The notes under the pieces: model-generated
What the model saw: the letters and a program-made list of their open reading frames with translations, nothing else
Told to the model about the DNA's origin: nothing
Databases searched by the model: none
From: Bdellovibrionales bacterium
GTDB lineage: Bacteria; Bdellovibrionota; Bdellovibrionia; Bdellovibrionales; UBA1609
DNA length: 64,000 nucleotides
Direction of reading: 5' to 3'
Assembly (NCBI GenBank): GCA_965219095.1
Contig: CBDCMT010000001.1
Coordinates: 384,001-448,000, forward strand
Made by a program: the position numbers and the translations under genes
Shown here: positions 44,082-53,731 of the stretch, in pieces
Layout: each line of letters opens with the position of its first letter
Position numbering within the stretch: position 1 is the stretch's first letter

Positions 44082-44153
44082 TAGTGCTTCTGTTTAGGTT
44101 TTCAGGTTTTTTCTCTAGAGAATCGACCGGAAAATTTAAGCGTATTCACTATA
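44080..44153 (-). mobile_element. IS630-derived MITE, copy 3 (inverted, abutting the IS630 right end)
   Basis: Reverse complement of 16446-16519; shares the TA with the IS end. Confidence 0.85.
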
Positions 44154-44154
44154 T

Positions 44155-44886
44155 ATGAATATGAGCAAGAATGAAAAGCCTAAAAACGACAATCACAAGG
44201 CTCTTTCAAGAGCGAAGAATCAGATAAAGCTTCTTAGAAACACAATTTGTCGTCAATCCATAGAGCTTAAGAAAGCACAAAAAGAAATAAAATGTTTAGA
44301 AGAAGATTACAAGCATTTAGAAGAAGAGTGCAAGCGTTTAGAAGAAGAGCGTGAGCGTTTAGAAGAAGAGCGCAAGCGTTTAAAAAAAGATAATGAACAT
44401 TTTAAAAAAGAAAATGAGAAACTAAAAGAGGAGCTTCAATCAATTGTTTTCTGTGCTGTGGAGCCTAAGAGAGGTTTTTATATGAATAAGGTAACAGAGA
44501 GAAGGATAGGTCCGGATTTTGCTAAGTTTTTATCTTCTGTTGAGAGACATTATTCTGATTCCAAGAAGATTGTTCTAGTTATGGATAATTTGAACACTCA
44601 TAGAAAAAAAAGTCTTACTGATTTTTATGGAAAAGATCGAGGTTTGCATCTATGGTCTCGCTTTGAGGTTCATTATACTCCGAGTCATGGAAGTTGGTTA
44701 AATCAAGCAGAAATTGCAATCAATATGTACTCTCGTCAATGTTTAGGAAAATCAAGAATACCTGACATAGAAACTTTAAGAAAAAGAACCAAGGCTTGGG
44801 TGAATATTATGAACAGACGGAAGATTATAATAAAATGGAATTTTTCAAGAAAATCAGCCAGAGAAAAGTTCCATTATAAAAAATGA
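44155..44886 (+). CDS. Chimeric ORF: heptad-repeat coiled coil fused in frame to the IS630-B transposase C-terminus
   Basis: 21-bp repeats (KRLEEER-like) at ~44290-44394; from 44445 near-identical to the 3' part of 26318..27403. Confidence 0.7.
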   Translation: MNMSKNEKPKNDNHKALSRAKNQIKLLRNTICRQSIELKKAQKEIKCLEEDYKHLEEECKRLEEERERLEEERKRLKKDNEHFKKENEKLKEELQSIVFCAVEPKRGFYMNKVTERRIGPDFAKFLSSVERHYSDSKKIVLVMDNLNTHRKKSLTDFYGKDRGLHLWSRFEVHYTPSHGSWLNQAEIAINMYSRQCLGKSRIPDIETLRKRTKAWVNIMNRRKIIIKWNFSRKSAREKFHYKK

Positions 44887-45162
44887 GACGAGCCTGTAAG
44901 AGCCTGTAAACTAAATTGTATATAAACATTAGAAAATCATATCTTTCCAATGAATTTGATACACTCTTTACCCATACTTAAAAGTTATAAATTTCTAGAA
45001 GTAAAAATCCAAACTTATACATGAAAATGTAGAATTAACTTTTGGAATTGGTATAACTCTAAACATTTCACTTTTATTCTTTTTAATATAAAAATAATTT
45101 AATAAAATGACCTGGATTAAAGGCTTGAAAATTGTGAAAAAATTTACTGGTCAGAACACTAG
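44445..45162 (+). mobile_element. IS630 type B, 3' half with right IR
   Basis: Matches ~26962-27690; ends in CTAG. Confidence 0.9.
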
Positions 45163-45182
45163 TGAATTGCAGTTAGGACTTC

Positions 45183-45569
45183 TTAAAAATTAGGAATAAG
45201 ATCTAAAAAACACTGCCTCCAATACACAGGAGTTTTTGATGAGAACTTTAAGACCAACTCAAAAGTTTTTTGATCCACTCGGGAAGCTCGAATGACAATA
45301 CCATCTAAATTTAAGTTCATATCAGATAAAAACAAGTTTAGATGCTCTCCTACGAGATTATCTAAACTCAAACGCTGTCTTAAATCAACACGTACAAGAT
45401 CGTCTCTTGAAATACGAATACAAAAAGCAGTTAAACTTATATTTAACAACGTCCCATATTGAGCGATCACGCTCTTATCATAGAGACTTGTAATTTCTTG
45501 AGCTTCCATCCCTTCAACACATTTTCTAGGCTCTCTTCTATCTACAAAGTCTAACTTCCTAGCTGTCAT
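45183..45569 (-). CDS. PilZ-domain protein (probable start 45569)
   Basis: RREPR and NISLTA motifs; GAGG RBS upstream of ATG 45569. Confidence 0.65.
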   Translation of the reverse strand: MTARKLDFVDRREPRKCVEGMEAQEITSLYDKSVIAQYGTLLNISLTAFCIRISRDDLVRVDLRQRLSLDNLVGEHLNLFLSDMNLNLDGIVIRASRVDQKTFELVLKFSSKTPVYWRQCFLDLIPNF

Positions 45570-45598
45570 ACAAATACCTCTTTTATTTCTTACTATCT

Positions 45599-45625
45599 TT
45601 ATCGTCATAAAAAAGAAAAACATTA
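45599..45625 (-). promoter_or_regulatory. Putative sigma28-type promoter of the PilZ gene
   Basis: Minus strand TAAT-N15-GACGATAA. Confidence 0.45.
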
Positions 45626-45682
45626 AAGATTTTTAAAAAATACATGTAAGTTTAAAAGCATTTTATTTTGAAATAAAGGGTG

Positions 45683-46582
45683 TTAAAAAATGAGCCATCT
45701 GTCTAAAACAGGAGCTGCCACAAATACAATTAAGCTCATATTGATCCACATAAAAAACTTTTTCCAATGATTAAAATCATTTTGGCTCATAGTAAGACGG
45801 ATCTCTTTTTTAAAGTACTTTAAAAATTCATAACCTGTCTTTAAAGCCATAGGAACCACTAAAACCAAATACACTATATGTGCTGAAACAAAAAGAGGTG
45901 AAAGAAGAACTAAAAAAAGATAAAAAAACAAATAAACTCCCATATGAAATAAAGTCTTAGCAGGATTTAATTTTAAAGGTAATACAGGGATCCCGCCCTT
46001 TTGATAGTCGTCTTTAAAACGTAAGGCAAGCGACCAAAAATGAGGCATCTGCCAAAAAAACAGAATACAAAAAAGGTAAAAGGCTTCAAGAGTTAAAACA
46101 TTTTGAGGTGAGGTGGCTCCATAGCCCATCAAAACAGGAGAGGCTCCAGGCAAAGCCCCAGGAACAGCTCCAAAAGCCCATTTCTTCTTCCAAAAAAAAG
46201 TATAAAAACCATTGTAAAGAATAATAGTGGAAAAACCGATAAAGAAAGAAGTAGAGCTAGCTAAATAAATAAAAAATAAACCTGAAGTCATAAAGAATAT
46301 ACTTAACAAGACTCCTTGTAACAAAGTAACTTGCTTTTGAACCAATGGTCTTTTCTGTGTTCTTTTCATTTTTCTGTCAAGCTCTCTTTCTTGAACTTGA
46401 TTGAAAGCAAAACTTCCTGAACTCAAAAAATAAGCTCCCATAAGAAATAAAGTTAAATGCAAAAAATCTATCTTTTCGTAAACACTTAAGCCTAAAAGAT
46501 AGCCGCAAAGAGAGGCAAAGAGAACAAAAAATACAATCCCTATTTTAGTAAGATTCAAGTAAGCCTTAAAAATTTGTTTCAT
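45683..46582 (-). CDS. cyoE: Protoheme IX farnesyltransferase (probable start 46582)
   Basis: DRKMKRTQKRPL, FWQMPHFWSLA, DYQKGGIPVLP. Confidence 0.93.
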   Translation of the reverse strand: MKQIFKAYLNLTKIGIVFFVLFASLCGYLLGLSVYEKIDFLHLTLFLMGAYFLSSGSFAFNQVQERELDRKMKRTQKRPLVQKQVTLLQGVLLSIFFMTSGLFFIYLASSTSFFIGFSTIILYNGFYTFFWKKKWAFGAVPGALPGASPVLMGYGATSPQNVLTLEAFYLFCILFFWQMPHFWSLALRFKDDYQKGGIPVLPLKLNPAKTLFHMGVYLFFYLFLVLLSPLFVSAHIVYLVLVVPMALKTGYEFLKYFKKEIRLTMSQNDFNHWKKFFMWINMSLIVFVAAPVLDRWLIF

Positions 46583-46584
46583 AT

Positions 46585-46890
46585 TTATAAAGTACTTGTT
46601 TGAAACACTCTGGTAACAATATCTACATAGCTCAAAAGAAAAAGTAAAATGACAAAGGCTACAGAAGAGAGAAGACAAACTGTGAAGAGCCTATCACTGT
46701 ATTTAAGACCCATAAAAAAAGCTCCTACAAGACCAGCTTTTAAACTTGCTACTCCAATGGCAATAAATGTATTTAAAAATCCAAAATCATATTGAGCCAC
46801 CCCTACAGTGATCACAGTTAAAACTAAAAGAGCTATAAACACTTGTAAAAGAATTTTCATCGGTATAATGTAATGTTGAGTTTGATTCAT
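46585..46890 (-). CDS. ctaF: Cytochrome c oxidase subunit IV
   Basis: ALLVLTVITV, KAGLVGAFFMGLKY; operon position. Confidence 0.88.
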   Translation of the reverse strand: MNQTQHYIIPMKILLQVFIALLVLTVITVGVAQYDFGFLNTFIAIGVASLKAGLVGAFFMGLKYSDRLFTVCLLSSVAFVILLFLLSYVDIVTRVFQTSTL

Positions 46891-46912
46891 AAAATTTCTC
46901 CTTTTCTAATTC

Positions 46913-47560
46913 TTAACCAATCAAATAAAGTAGAGGAAACAAGTAAATCCAAATCAAATCAACCAAATGCCAAAAAAGCCCCACTCCCTCAACAGCTGTA
47001 TAGTAGTGTACGTGAAACTCCCCTCTCATATTACGTACAAGAACCCAAGCTATAAGCCCCATACCCATAAGCACATGAAGTCCATGAAGACCTGTCATAC
47101 AAAAATAAAAAGAAAAATAAAGAGCTAAGTTAGAGTGTTGAGCTCCTGTGTAGGTAAAAAGCTCTCCTGGAAAAAGCCCCATATGAAACTTATGACTGTA
47201 CTCAAAGTACTTAACTAATATGAACAAAAAACCGCAAAACAAGGTCACCATCAAACTCAGGGATGCTTTTTTGATTTTATTTTTTTGAATGAAGTGAATG
47301 CTCATAGCCATGGTAAGAGAACTAAAAAGCAAAACCACAGTGTTCAAAGCTCCTAACTTCCAGTCTAAAAACTTTGCCCCCTCAGCAAACATATCAGAAT
47401 ACATGTTATGATAAATTACATAAGCAACAAACAAGCCTCCAAACATCAGAACTTCAGTAGCCAAAAAAACCCATACTCCTAAAAGGCTTGCTTGAAACTC
47501 ATGCTCTCCATCCCTATAGTGATGAGCAGGTTTATGTGATGTATTTGTTGCTGAACTCAT
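46913..47560 (-). CDS. ctaE: Cytochrome c oxidase subunit III
   Basis: FLATEVLMFGG, TGLHGLHV, FWHLVDLIW. Confidence 0.94.
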   Translation of the reverse strand: MSSATNTSHKPAHHYRDGEHEFQASLLGVWVFLATEVLMFGGLFVAYVIYHNMYSDMFAEGAKFLDWKLGALNTVVLLFSSLTMAMSIHFIQKNKIKKASLSLMVTLFCGFLFILVKYFEYSHKFHMGLFPGELFTYTGAQHSNLALYFSFYFCMTGLHGLHVLMGMGLIAWVLVRNMRGEFHVHYYTAVEGVGLFWHLVDLIWIYLFPLLYLIG

Positions 47561-47588
47561 AGGTCTTCTCCTCTAAACTCTTGTCTCA

Positions 47589-49169
47589 TTACTTATACTC
47601 ATAAGGCCCTGCCTTCACCTCTGGTGTTTTATCAAAGTTTTCATGAGGAGGCGGAGAAAGGGTTGTCCATTCTAAAGTTTTTGCTCCCCAAGGGTTCTTA
47701 GAAGCTTTAGGCCCTCTTAAAAGGCCATGAACAACAACCCATAAAGCCATAAAAAAACCTATGTTAATTAACAAGGAGCCATAGGTTGAAACCTTGTGAA
47801 GATGTTCATAAACAGGAAGGTAGTCAAAATAACGTCGAGGCATGCCCATGTTACCTAAGATAAACTGAGGAAAGAAAGTCACATTAAAGCCTACAAAAAT
47901 GAACAAAAAACTCATAGAAGCCCAAAAATCATTGTACATTTTGCCAAACATTTTAGGAAACCAATAATAAATCCCTCCCATAATTGCCATAAGAGTTCCC
48001 CCTACCATAACATAATGAAAGTGAGCCACTACAAAATAAGTGTCATGAAAGTGAACATCTAAACCTAAAGTGGCTAACATAATTCCTGTCACACCCCCTA
48101 TCGTAAAAAGAAACAAAAATCCAAGAGCAAACAACATAGGAGATTGAAAAGAAATGGATCCCTTATAAAGGGTGGCCACCCAGTTAAACACTTTAATCGC
48201 TGTGGGTACTCCTACAAGCATAGTAAGAAAAGAGAATAAAACTCCTGCAAACTCTGACTGACCACTCACAAACATATGATGTCCCCAAACTAAAAAACTC
48301 ACTCCTGCAATTCCTAAACTAGAAAAAGCAATGGCCTTATAACCAAAAATAGTTTTACGAGAAAAAGCTGTAATCAATTCACTGATAACTCCCATAGCAG
48401 GCAAAATCATAATATAAACAGCTGGATGAGAGTAAAACCAAAAAAAGTGTTGAAACAAAACAGGATCTCCTCCTAATTTAGGGTCAAAAAAACCAATCCC
48501 TATAAATCTCTCCATAGCTAAAAGTAAGAGTGTAATGGCTAAAACAGGAGTCGCTAAGATCTGAATGATCGCTGTAGCATAAAGTCCCCAAGCAAAAAGA
48601 GGCATTCTAAAAAAACTCATACCCTTACAACGTAATTTATGAATGGTAACAATAAAGTTAAGACCTGTTAAGATCGAAGAAAATCCTACAACGAAAGCTC
48701 CTAAAACAACCCAAGTCGTACCATTAGCTGTTTCAATACTATAAGGTGTATAAAAGGTCCAACCTGTATCCACTCCATTGTAAAGTAAAGAAACTAAAAT
48801 AATACAAGCTCCTGCAATAAGACAGTACCAACTGAAAAGATTCAATCGAGGAAAGGCTACGTCTTTAGCTCCTAAATGAAGAGGCAAAATAAAGTTTCCT
48901 AAAAAAGCAGGAATCCCAGGTATGATCACTAAAAAAACCATAATCGCTCCATGCAAAGTCATTACTTGATTATACGCAGCCCCTGTTTCAAAAACTGTAG
49001 GTCCCGGAGCTATAAGATGAAGCCTTAAAAGTATGGCAAAAACTCCACCTACAAAAAAGAAAGTTAAAACAGTGATCATATAAAGAATGCCAATTCTTTT
49101 ATGATCTAAAGTCGTAAGCCAAGACCAAAGCCCTTTTTCACAATTTAAATAATTCTTACCTTCACTCAT
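47589..49169 (-). CDS. ctaD: Cytochrome c oxidase subunit I (A2 type)
   Basis: [20 protein letters not shown]. Confidence 0.96.
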   Translation of the reverse strand: MSEGKNYLNCEKGLWSWLTTLDHKRIGILYMITVLTFFFVGGVFAILLRLHLIAPGPTVFETGAAYNQVMTLHGAIMVFLVIIPGIPAFLGNFILPLHLGAKDVAFPRLNLFSWYCLIAGACIILVSLLYNGVDTGWTFYTPYSIETANGTTWVVLGAFVVGFSSILTGLNFIVTIHKLRCKGMSFFRMPLFAWGLYATAIIQILATPVLAITLLLLAMERFIGIGFFDPKLGGDPVLFQHFFWFYSHPAVYIMILPAMGVISELITAFSRKTIFGYKAIAFSSLGIAGVSFLVWGHHMFVSGQSEFAGVLFSFLTMLVGVPTAIKVFNWVATLYKGSISFQSPMLFALGFLFLFTIGGVTGIMLATLGLDVHFHDTYFVVAHFHYVMVGGTLMAIMGGIYYWFPKMFGKMYNDFWASMSFLFIFVGFNVTFFPQFILGNMGMPRRYFDYLPVYEHLHKVSTYGSLLINIGFFMALWVVVHGLLRGPKASKNPWGAKTLEWTTLSPPPHENFDKTPEVKAGPYEYK

Positions 49170-49179
49170 ACTGATTTCC

Positions 49180-50160
49180 TTATTTCAATGTTTTAATATA
49201 CTCTATTAATCCTAAAACTTCCTCTTCTGATAACTGCCCTTGAAATGTAGGCATCATACCTTTTTGAAACCCTTTGACTATTTGTCCATTAGGGTTTAAA
49301 AGAGAGCTTCGTATGTAGTTCTCATCAGCCAAAGCTTTCGAGCCGTCAGTAAACTCACGAACAGATCTAAATAAACCTCTTAACCCTGGGCCTATTTTCT
49401 TCACATCACTTGTATTATGGCAAACCAAACATTTACCAGAAAATACTTTCTCTCCTATTTGAGCTACACTCAAACCCTTGTAAGGATCAGAACTTAACCA
49501 TTGATCAAAGTCCTCTCTTGAAAGAACATGCAGTTTAGCTAACATACTAGAATGTTGATCCCCACAGTACTCAGCACAAAACACTTGAAACATACCTTCT
49601 TTTTCGGCTTTAAACCCCAAAGCAGTGTATTGTCCGGGTACAACGTCCTGTTTGATTCTTAGAGCTGGAATAAAAAAACTATGAATGACATCTTTTGATG
49701 TCATAATAAGTTTCACAGGCTGATTCACAGGAACATAAAGATCAGCTGTTGTTTTTCTCCCGCTTTTATACTGAAACTCCCAATACCACTTCTGTCCTAA
49801 CACATGAATTTCAAAAGAGTCTTTAGAAAAGGTACGCATTTCATAATAAACCCAACAGCCCCAGACAAAAATAAGAAGAAAAAACAAAAGAGGAATAAAG
49901 CTCCACAAAAATTCAAGTAAGTTATTGTGAGTGATGTAAGCTGTTTTTTGGTTTTCATTTTCTCTTTTGTACTTAAAAGCAAAGTAAATAAAACCACCTA
50001 TCACAAGTAAAGATGCTACAGCACTTACAATAATAAGGAAGGAATAAAGGGTGTCAAAATGCCTTGCTGTCTCACTGAGAGCCAAAGGAGAAAGCTTTGT
50101 TCCTGCATGAACTCTCATATGAAAACAAAAAACCAACAACAGTGAAAAAAAATTTCCCAT
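49180..50160 (-). CDS. ctaC: Cytochrome c oxidase subunit II with fused cytochrome c (caa3 type)
   Basis: [23 protein letters not shown]. Confidence 0.95.
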   Translation of the reverse strand: MGNFFSLLLVFCFHMRVHAGTKLSPLALSETARHFDTLYSFLIIVSAVASLLVIGGFIYFAFKYKRENENQKTAYITHNNLLEFLWSFIPLLFFLLIFVWGCWVYYEMRTFSKDSFEIHVLGQKWYWEFQYKSGRKTTADLYVPVNQPVKLIMTSKDVIHSFFIPALRIKQDVVPGQYTALGFKAEKEGMFQVFCAEYCGDQHSSMLAKLHVLSREDFDQWLSSDPYKGLSVAQIGEKVFSGKCLVCHNTSDVKKIGPGLRGLFRSVREFTDGSKALADENYIRSSLLNPNGQIVKGFQKGMMPTFQGQLSEEEVLGLIEYIKTLK

Positions 50161-50173
50161 TAAAACATTACTT

Positions 50174-50989
50174 TCAAACTCTCAAATTTTTAATCCAAAA
50201 GGGTACGAAAAAAATTAACATTATAAATACCATCAAAGCACCACCTAATCTCATAATGTTATATGCATACAAAGTGTACTTGTTTTTTGCAGGATTGAAT
50301 TGAAAACAAAATAAAATAAGCCTATCAATAAAGCTTCCCACTTTTCCCTCTCCTGCTTCTGTAAGGGCTAGTTTCAAATCCCTCCAATTCCAAGACAAAC
50401 CATAAAGATAGCTTGAAATCTTAGCCTCTGAAGTCATCAAATAAGCTAAAGCAGGATGAGCGTACTGACGACTGGCTTCATCCCATCGAAATTCAAAACC
50501 TAACTGTTCTGTAATTTTTCGTATGTTTTCTTTCGTTGCTGTTAGAAAATACCAATTTTTTTCAACTCCCTTACGATTGAATTTTTTTAACAAAGCCTGC
50601 TTTTTACTCAAAGCCTTTTTAGGACCTTCTCTATGATCCATACTTAAAGCTAAAAATTTAAAATCCCTTCCAGCAATCCAGTTTTGAGGTAAAGCCTTAA
50701 AACCATCCACAAGACCGTCTATGTGAAGAGGACACAAATTAGGACATTCATAATAAATCACTGTCATAAGAACAGGTAAAGAACCTGAAAAAAAATCTCC
50801 TAAGGTTTTAGTATAACCTTGAGAATCTTTCACTTCAATAGACAAATCTAGTACGTTACCTAAACGTTCTTTTACTTCTAAACCTTCTAATTCTCTTACC
50901 TTTTCATGAGAAGCTTTGTTATACTGAGTCTCATAGGCCTTCAGAGTCAAACAACAAAACAAAAGAAAAAAAACAAGGCACTTTTTCAT
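50174..50989 (-). CDS. SCO family copper chaperone
   Basis: CPNLC, QYAHP, LFCFQFNP. Confidence 0.9.
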   Translation of the reverse strand: MKKCLVFFLLFCCLTLKAYETQYNKASHEKVRELEGLEVKERLGNVLDLSIEVKDSQGYTKTLGDFFSGSLPVLMTVIYYECPNLCPLHIDGLVDGFKALPQNWIAGRDFKFLALSMDHREGPKKALSKKQALLKKFNRKGVEKNWYFLTATKENIRKITEQLGFEFRWDEASRQYAHPALAYLMTSEAKISSYLYGLSWNWRDLKLALTEAGEGKVGSFIDRLILFCFQFNPAKNKYTLYAYNIMRLGGALMVFIMLIFFVPFWIKNLRV

Positions 50990-51501
50990 TTTGACTGAGG
51001 TCCAAAAGTTTCTAGTTGAGCTGTGTCTTTAACTTTATTTTTTGTAATGGAACGAATGAAATGCACCAAAGCCCAACGATCGACAAGGGATAGGTGTTGA
51101 AAGGCGGCCATAGAGGTTTTTGGAATTCCTTTAGTTACACTTTGAAAAAGAGCAATAGAACTACCCCCCAACCTCCAATCACCTTTAATCAGATCACGAA
51201 CCTTAAGACCTTGAGAGGCCGGACCATCACCTCTTCCTCCCGCTCCATGGCATACAGCACAGTTATTCCCATAAACTATTTTTCCGTGAGCTATCAACGC
51301 CTCCGATGAAATCCAATAGTTTTTGAGGTTTTTCACATCTACTTTTATTGCTTTTTTAGACTCTGTATCAGTTTCCAGAACAGAAGCTTCTTTCACAAGA
51401 TCTAAACCCTCAACCCCCGAATCAAAAAATGAAAGATAGCCCAAACATAAAAAAGAAAGAGCCATAGATAGAGTAAAAATGCATTTTGAGGTGTTGTTCA
51501 T
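50986..51501 (-). CDS. Membrane-anchored c-type cytochrome
   Basis: CAVCHGAGGRGDG; TSM. Confidence 0.9.
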   Translation of the reverse strand: MNNTSKCIFTLSMALSFLCLGYLSFFDSGVEGLDLVKEASVLETDTESKKAIKVDVKNLKNYWISSEALIAHGKIVYGNNCAVCHGAGGRGDGPASQGLKVRDLIKGDWRLGGSSIALFQSVTKGIPKTSMAAFQHLSLVDRWALVHFIRSITKNKVKDTAQLETFGPQSK

Positions 51502-51662
51502 GGTCAGTAATCTAAGCTCACTTTATACTACTTTCTTATACTACTTTCAAAAAACAAAGACAAGAATACGAAAGAAAGTCCTTTTATAATGCAGGGCATC
51601 TTTTCTCTTAAATTCTCCTAAGAATTTAAAAAGCTTCAGTACCAAAAATTCACTTTTGAACT

Positions 51663-52233
51663 AAAACCATAACAAGCAGAAAAGTAAAGAGAGGCTCTTT
51701 GATTGCTTTCTAGCTTAAAAAGGTTTCTTAAATTCAAAAAAATTTACAATCCCGACTTCAGCGTTTTCCACTACTAAAACTTCATAAAAGTGTGCGAGCT
51801 ATGTTTAGAACAGAGTTCGGGGGTATTTTTCCAGAAAGTGCATTTGTAGTGTCAGAAATCTTTTTTTGAGGTCTTTTCAAGGCTGGAAATTTCTTTTAAC
51901 ATTTAAATATGTTTGTAAAAAAGATTCCAAGAAAGAATAGTTCTATTTCAGTTCAGATTGTAGAGAACAAGAGAGTGCAGAATAAAGTCATCCAAAAAAC
52001 CATTCAACATTTGGGGCAATATACAGTTTTAACCCCCTAAAATCATATAAAAATCCTATAAGGCACCGTTTAAAATGTAGTGATCACGGTTTTGCGTAAC
52101 TACTTGAAATCATTAGATTCTTGAAAAGAAAACGCTGAAGTCGGGAAAACCATAACAAGCAGAAAAGTAAAGAGAGGCTCTTTGATTGCTTTCTAGCTTA
52201 AAAAGGTTTCTTAAATTCAAAAAAATTTACAAT
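51663..52233. repeat. 88-bp perfect direct repeat (51663-51750 and 52146-52233)
   Basis: AAAACCATAACAAGC...AATTTACAAT occurs twice, each copy exactly abutting an IR of the intervening element. Confidence 0.95.
51751..52145 (+). mobile_element. 395-bp internally deleted IS1634-family element
   Basis: 18-bp IR CCCGACTTCAGCGTTTTC; residual MFVKKIPRKNSSISVQIVENKRVQNKVIQKTIQHLG from 51909. Confidence 0.85.
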
Positions 52234-52904
52234 TCATGCCACAAAACTTTTTTATCCTTAAAAATTAGATCGCCTGAACTAGTGATGTCTAAAAGAGGTG
52301 TATAAGAAAAATGTTTTATGGCTTTTTTTATCTTATTTCTAACCTTTAGTTGAAGGGTTTTTTCTTCAACAGGCCATTTATAAAGCCTGTTTAGAAATTG
52401 AAACCAAAGCTCTTTAGTCATCAAACCTCCCTCTTGCAATAAAAACCCTGAAGAAGAAAGTCCTGAAGGTGAAGAGGAAATATTAAGCCCTAAACCTATT
52501 ATGAGACGACCTTGAACTGCTTCAATCAAAAGCCCTCCTATTTTTTTTTCACTAAAATAAAGATCATTAGGCAGTTTCAGTTTGATGCTTTTGTGAGGAA
52601 AACAAAATTGCACTGATTCCCACAAATGCAGTCCTATAAGGAGAGGCAGAATATAAGGAGGTGTTTTCACAGCTGAAAAGCTAAAAGAAGCCAAAAAACC
52701 TGAATTCTGCTTAGGACTCTGCCACACCTTTTTTCCTCTTCCTCTCCCATGAGTTTGAAAACCCGCTAAATACAATTTAAAAGGAGGATCAGTTAAAGCC
52801 TTGTCTCTAGCCGACAGGTTTGTACTCTTTAACTCATCGTAAGCTTCATAAAAAAGCCCCTTAGCTTTAGCCCACTCAGAACTCCATCTAAAAACATCCA
52901 TCAC
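52227..52904 (-). CDS. birA: Biotin-protein ligase (no HTH)
   Basis: STN, QTHGRGR, KLPNDL, KIGGLLIE, GLGLN. Confidence 0.9.
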   Translation of the reverse strand: MMDVFRWSSEWAKAKGLFYEAYDELKSTNLSARDKALTDPPFKLYLAGFQTHGRGRGKKVWQSPKQNSGFLASFSFSAVKTPPYILPLLIGLHLWESVQFCFPHKSIKLKLPNDLYFSEKKIGGLLIEAVQGRLIIGLGLNISSSPSGLSSSGFLLQEGGLMTKELWFQFLNRLYKWPVEEKTLQLKVRNKIKKAIKHFSYTPLLDITSSGDLIFKDKKVLWHEL

Positions 52905-53731
52905 AAATAAGCCTCAAGACTTTGTTTTTGCAACCTTCCGAAAAGAAAAGAGGTTTTTACAGAACAAGCCTCCTTATAAGAAAGACAGATAAAGTCAGGC
53001 TCAAACTGCTTAACAATTCTTTGAGCTAATTCTAAAGAAGAGCCTACCTTGACTTGTACAAAACACTCTTTCGGTATGATTTCATAACCCTCCTTTAAAG
53101 TGCTTTCGTCTAAAAGAACTCCTTCAACGGACACTCTTAAAGCCTCTTCAAGCTCCTGTTTATTAGACACCTCAACAATCAAAGGGGGACAATAACTTTT
53201 CCTTCTCAAAACTTCTACAGCATTAGAAAGACTAGAGTAGTAATTAATAAAACTGGTATCTATTAAAAAAGAAGAACTTTCAACACCACCTCCATGACAA
53301 AGGGCTTGTTTTTCTAAAGGACTGAAGGGGCGTAAATGAGAGCAAAGTACTTGAGATTTTGTAGAAAGAGTTTGGTTTTTAAACCCACGAATGTAAGTGG
53401 CCAGACCACACAGGCGACCTAAAAGATCATAAATTACTTTCTCAGCCTTTAATAAAGTCGCTAAACTCACTTCAACTAAACAAAGAGTCTGGCCTGATAG
53501 AACAAGATCGCCTTGCTCGAAATACCACTGAAACTTAACTTCCTCGTCTAACAAACAAAATGTTTTTTCAAACACATCTTGGCCTGAAAACACAAGATCT
53601 TCTTCAGCAATAAAAGGAACATGAGCTTTCATACCTGTATGAGGATAAAGATGAAAATCATAACTCTCTAAATATGCTTTGATTGTTTTCTCTAAATCAG
53701 ACATTTTATAACTTTCCTTTATTTTTTTCAC
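52901..53731 (-). CDS. nadC: NadC/ModD-like quinolinate phosphoribosyltransferase homolog, degenerate active site
   Basis: Fold landmarks (AE..LLGRLCGLAT, LEKQAL.GGG, IVEV, LLD) are present; TRKT, HR and KDNH are missing. Confidence 0.65.
   Translation of the reverse strand: MKKIKESYKMSDLEKTIKAYLESYDFHLYPHTGMKAHVPFIAEEDLVFSGQDVFEKTFCLLDEEVKFQWYFEQGDLVLSGQTLCLVEVSLATLLKAEKVIYDLLGRLCGLATYIRGFKNQTLSTKSQVLCSHLRPFSPLEKQALCHGGGVESSSFLIDTSFINYYSSLSNAVEVLRRKSYCPPLIVEVSNKQELEEALRVSVEGVLLDESTLKEGYEIIPKECFVQVKVGSSLELAQRIVKQFEPDFICLSYKEACSVKTSFLFGRLQKQSLEAYL

Noticed and set aside
44290..44394. 21-bp repeats as a CRISPR array
   Set aside because: Contiguous, degenerate, in-frame coding repeats with no spacers; no cas genes in the window.
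45570..46678. Extended N-termini given by the ORF track for the PilZ gene and cyoE (also 19493..20155)
   Set aside because: The extensions overlap neighbouring genes or promoters; downstream ATGs fit better.
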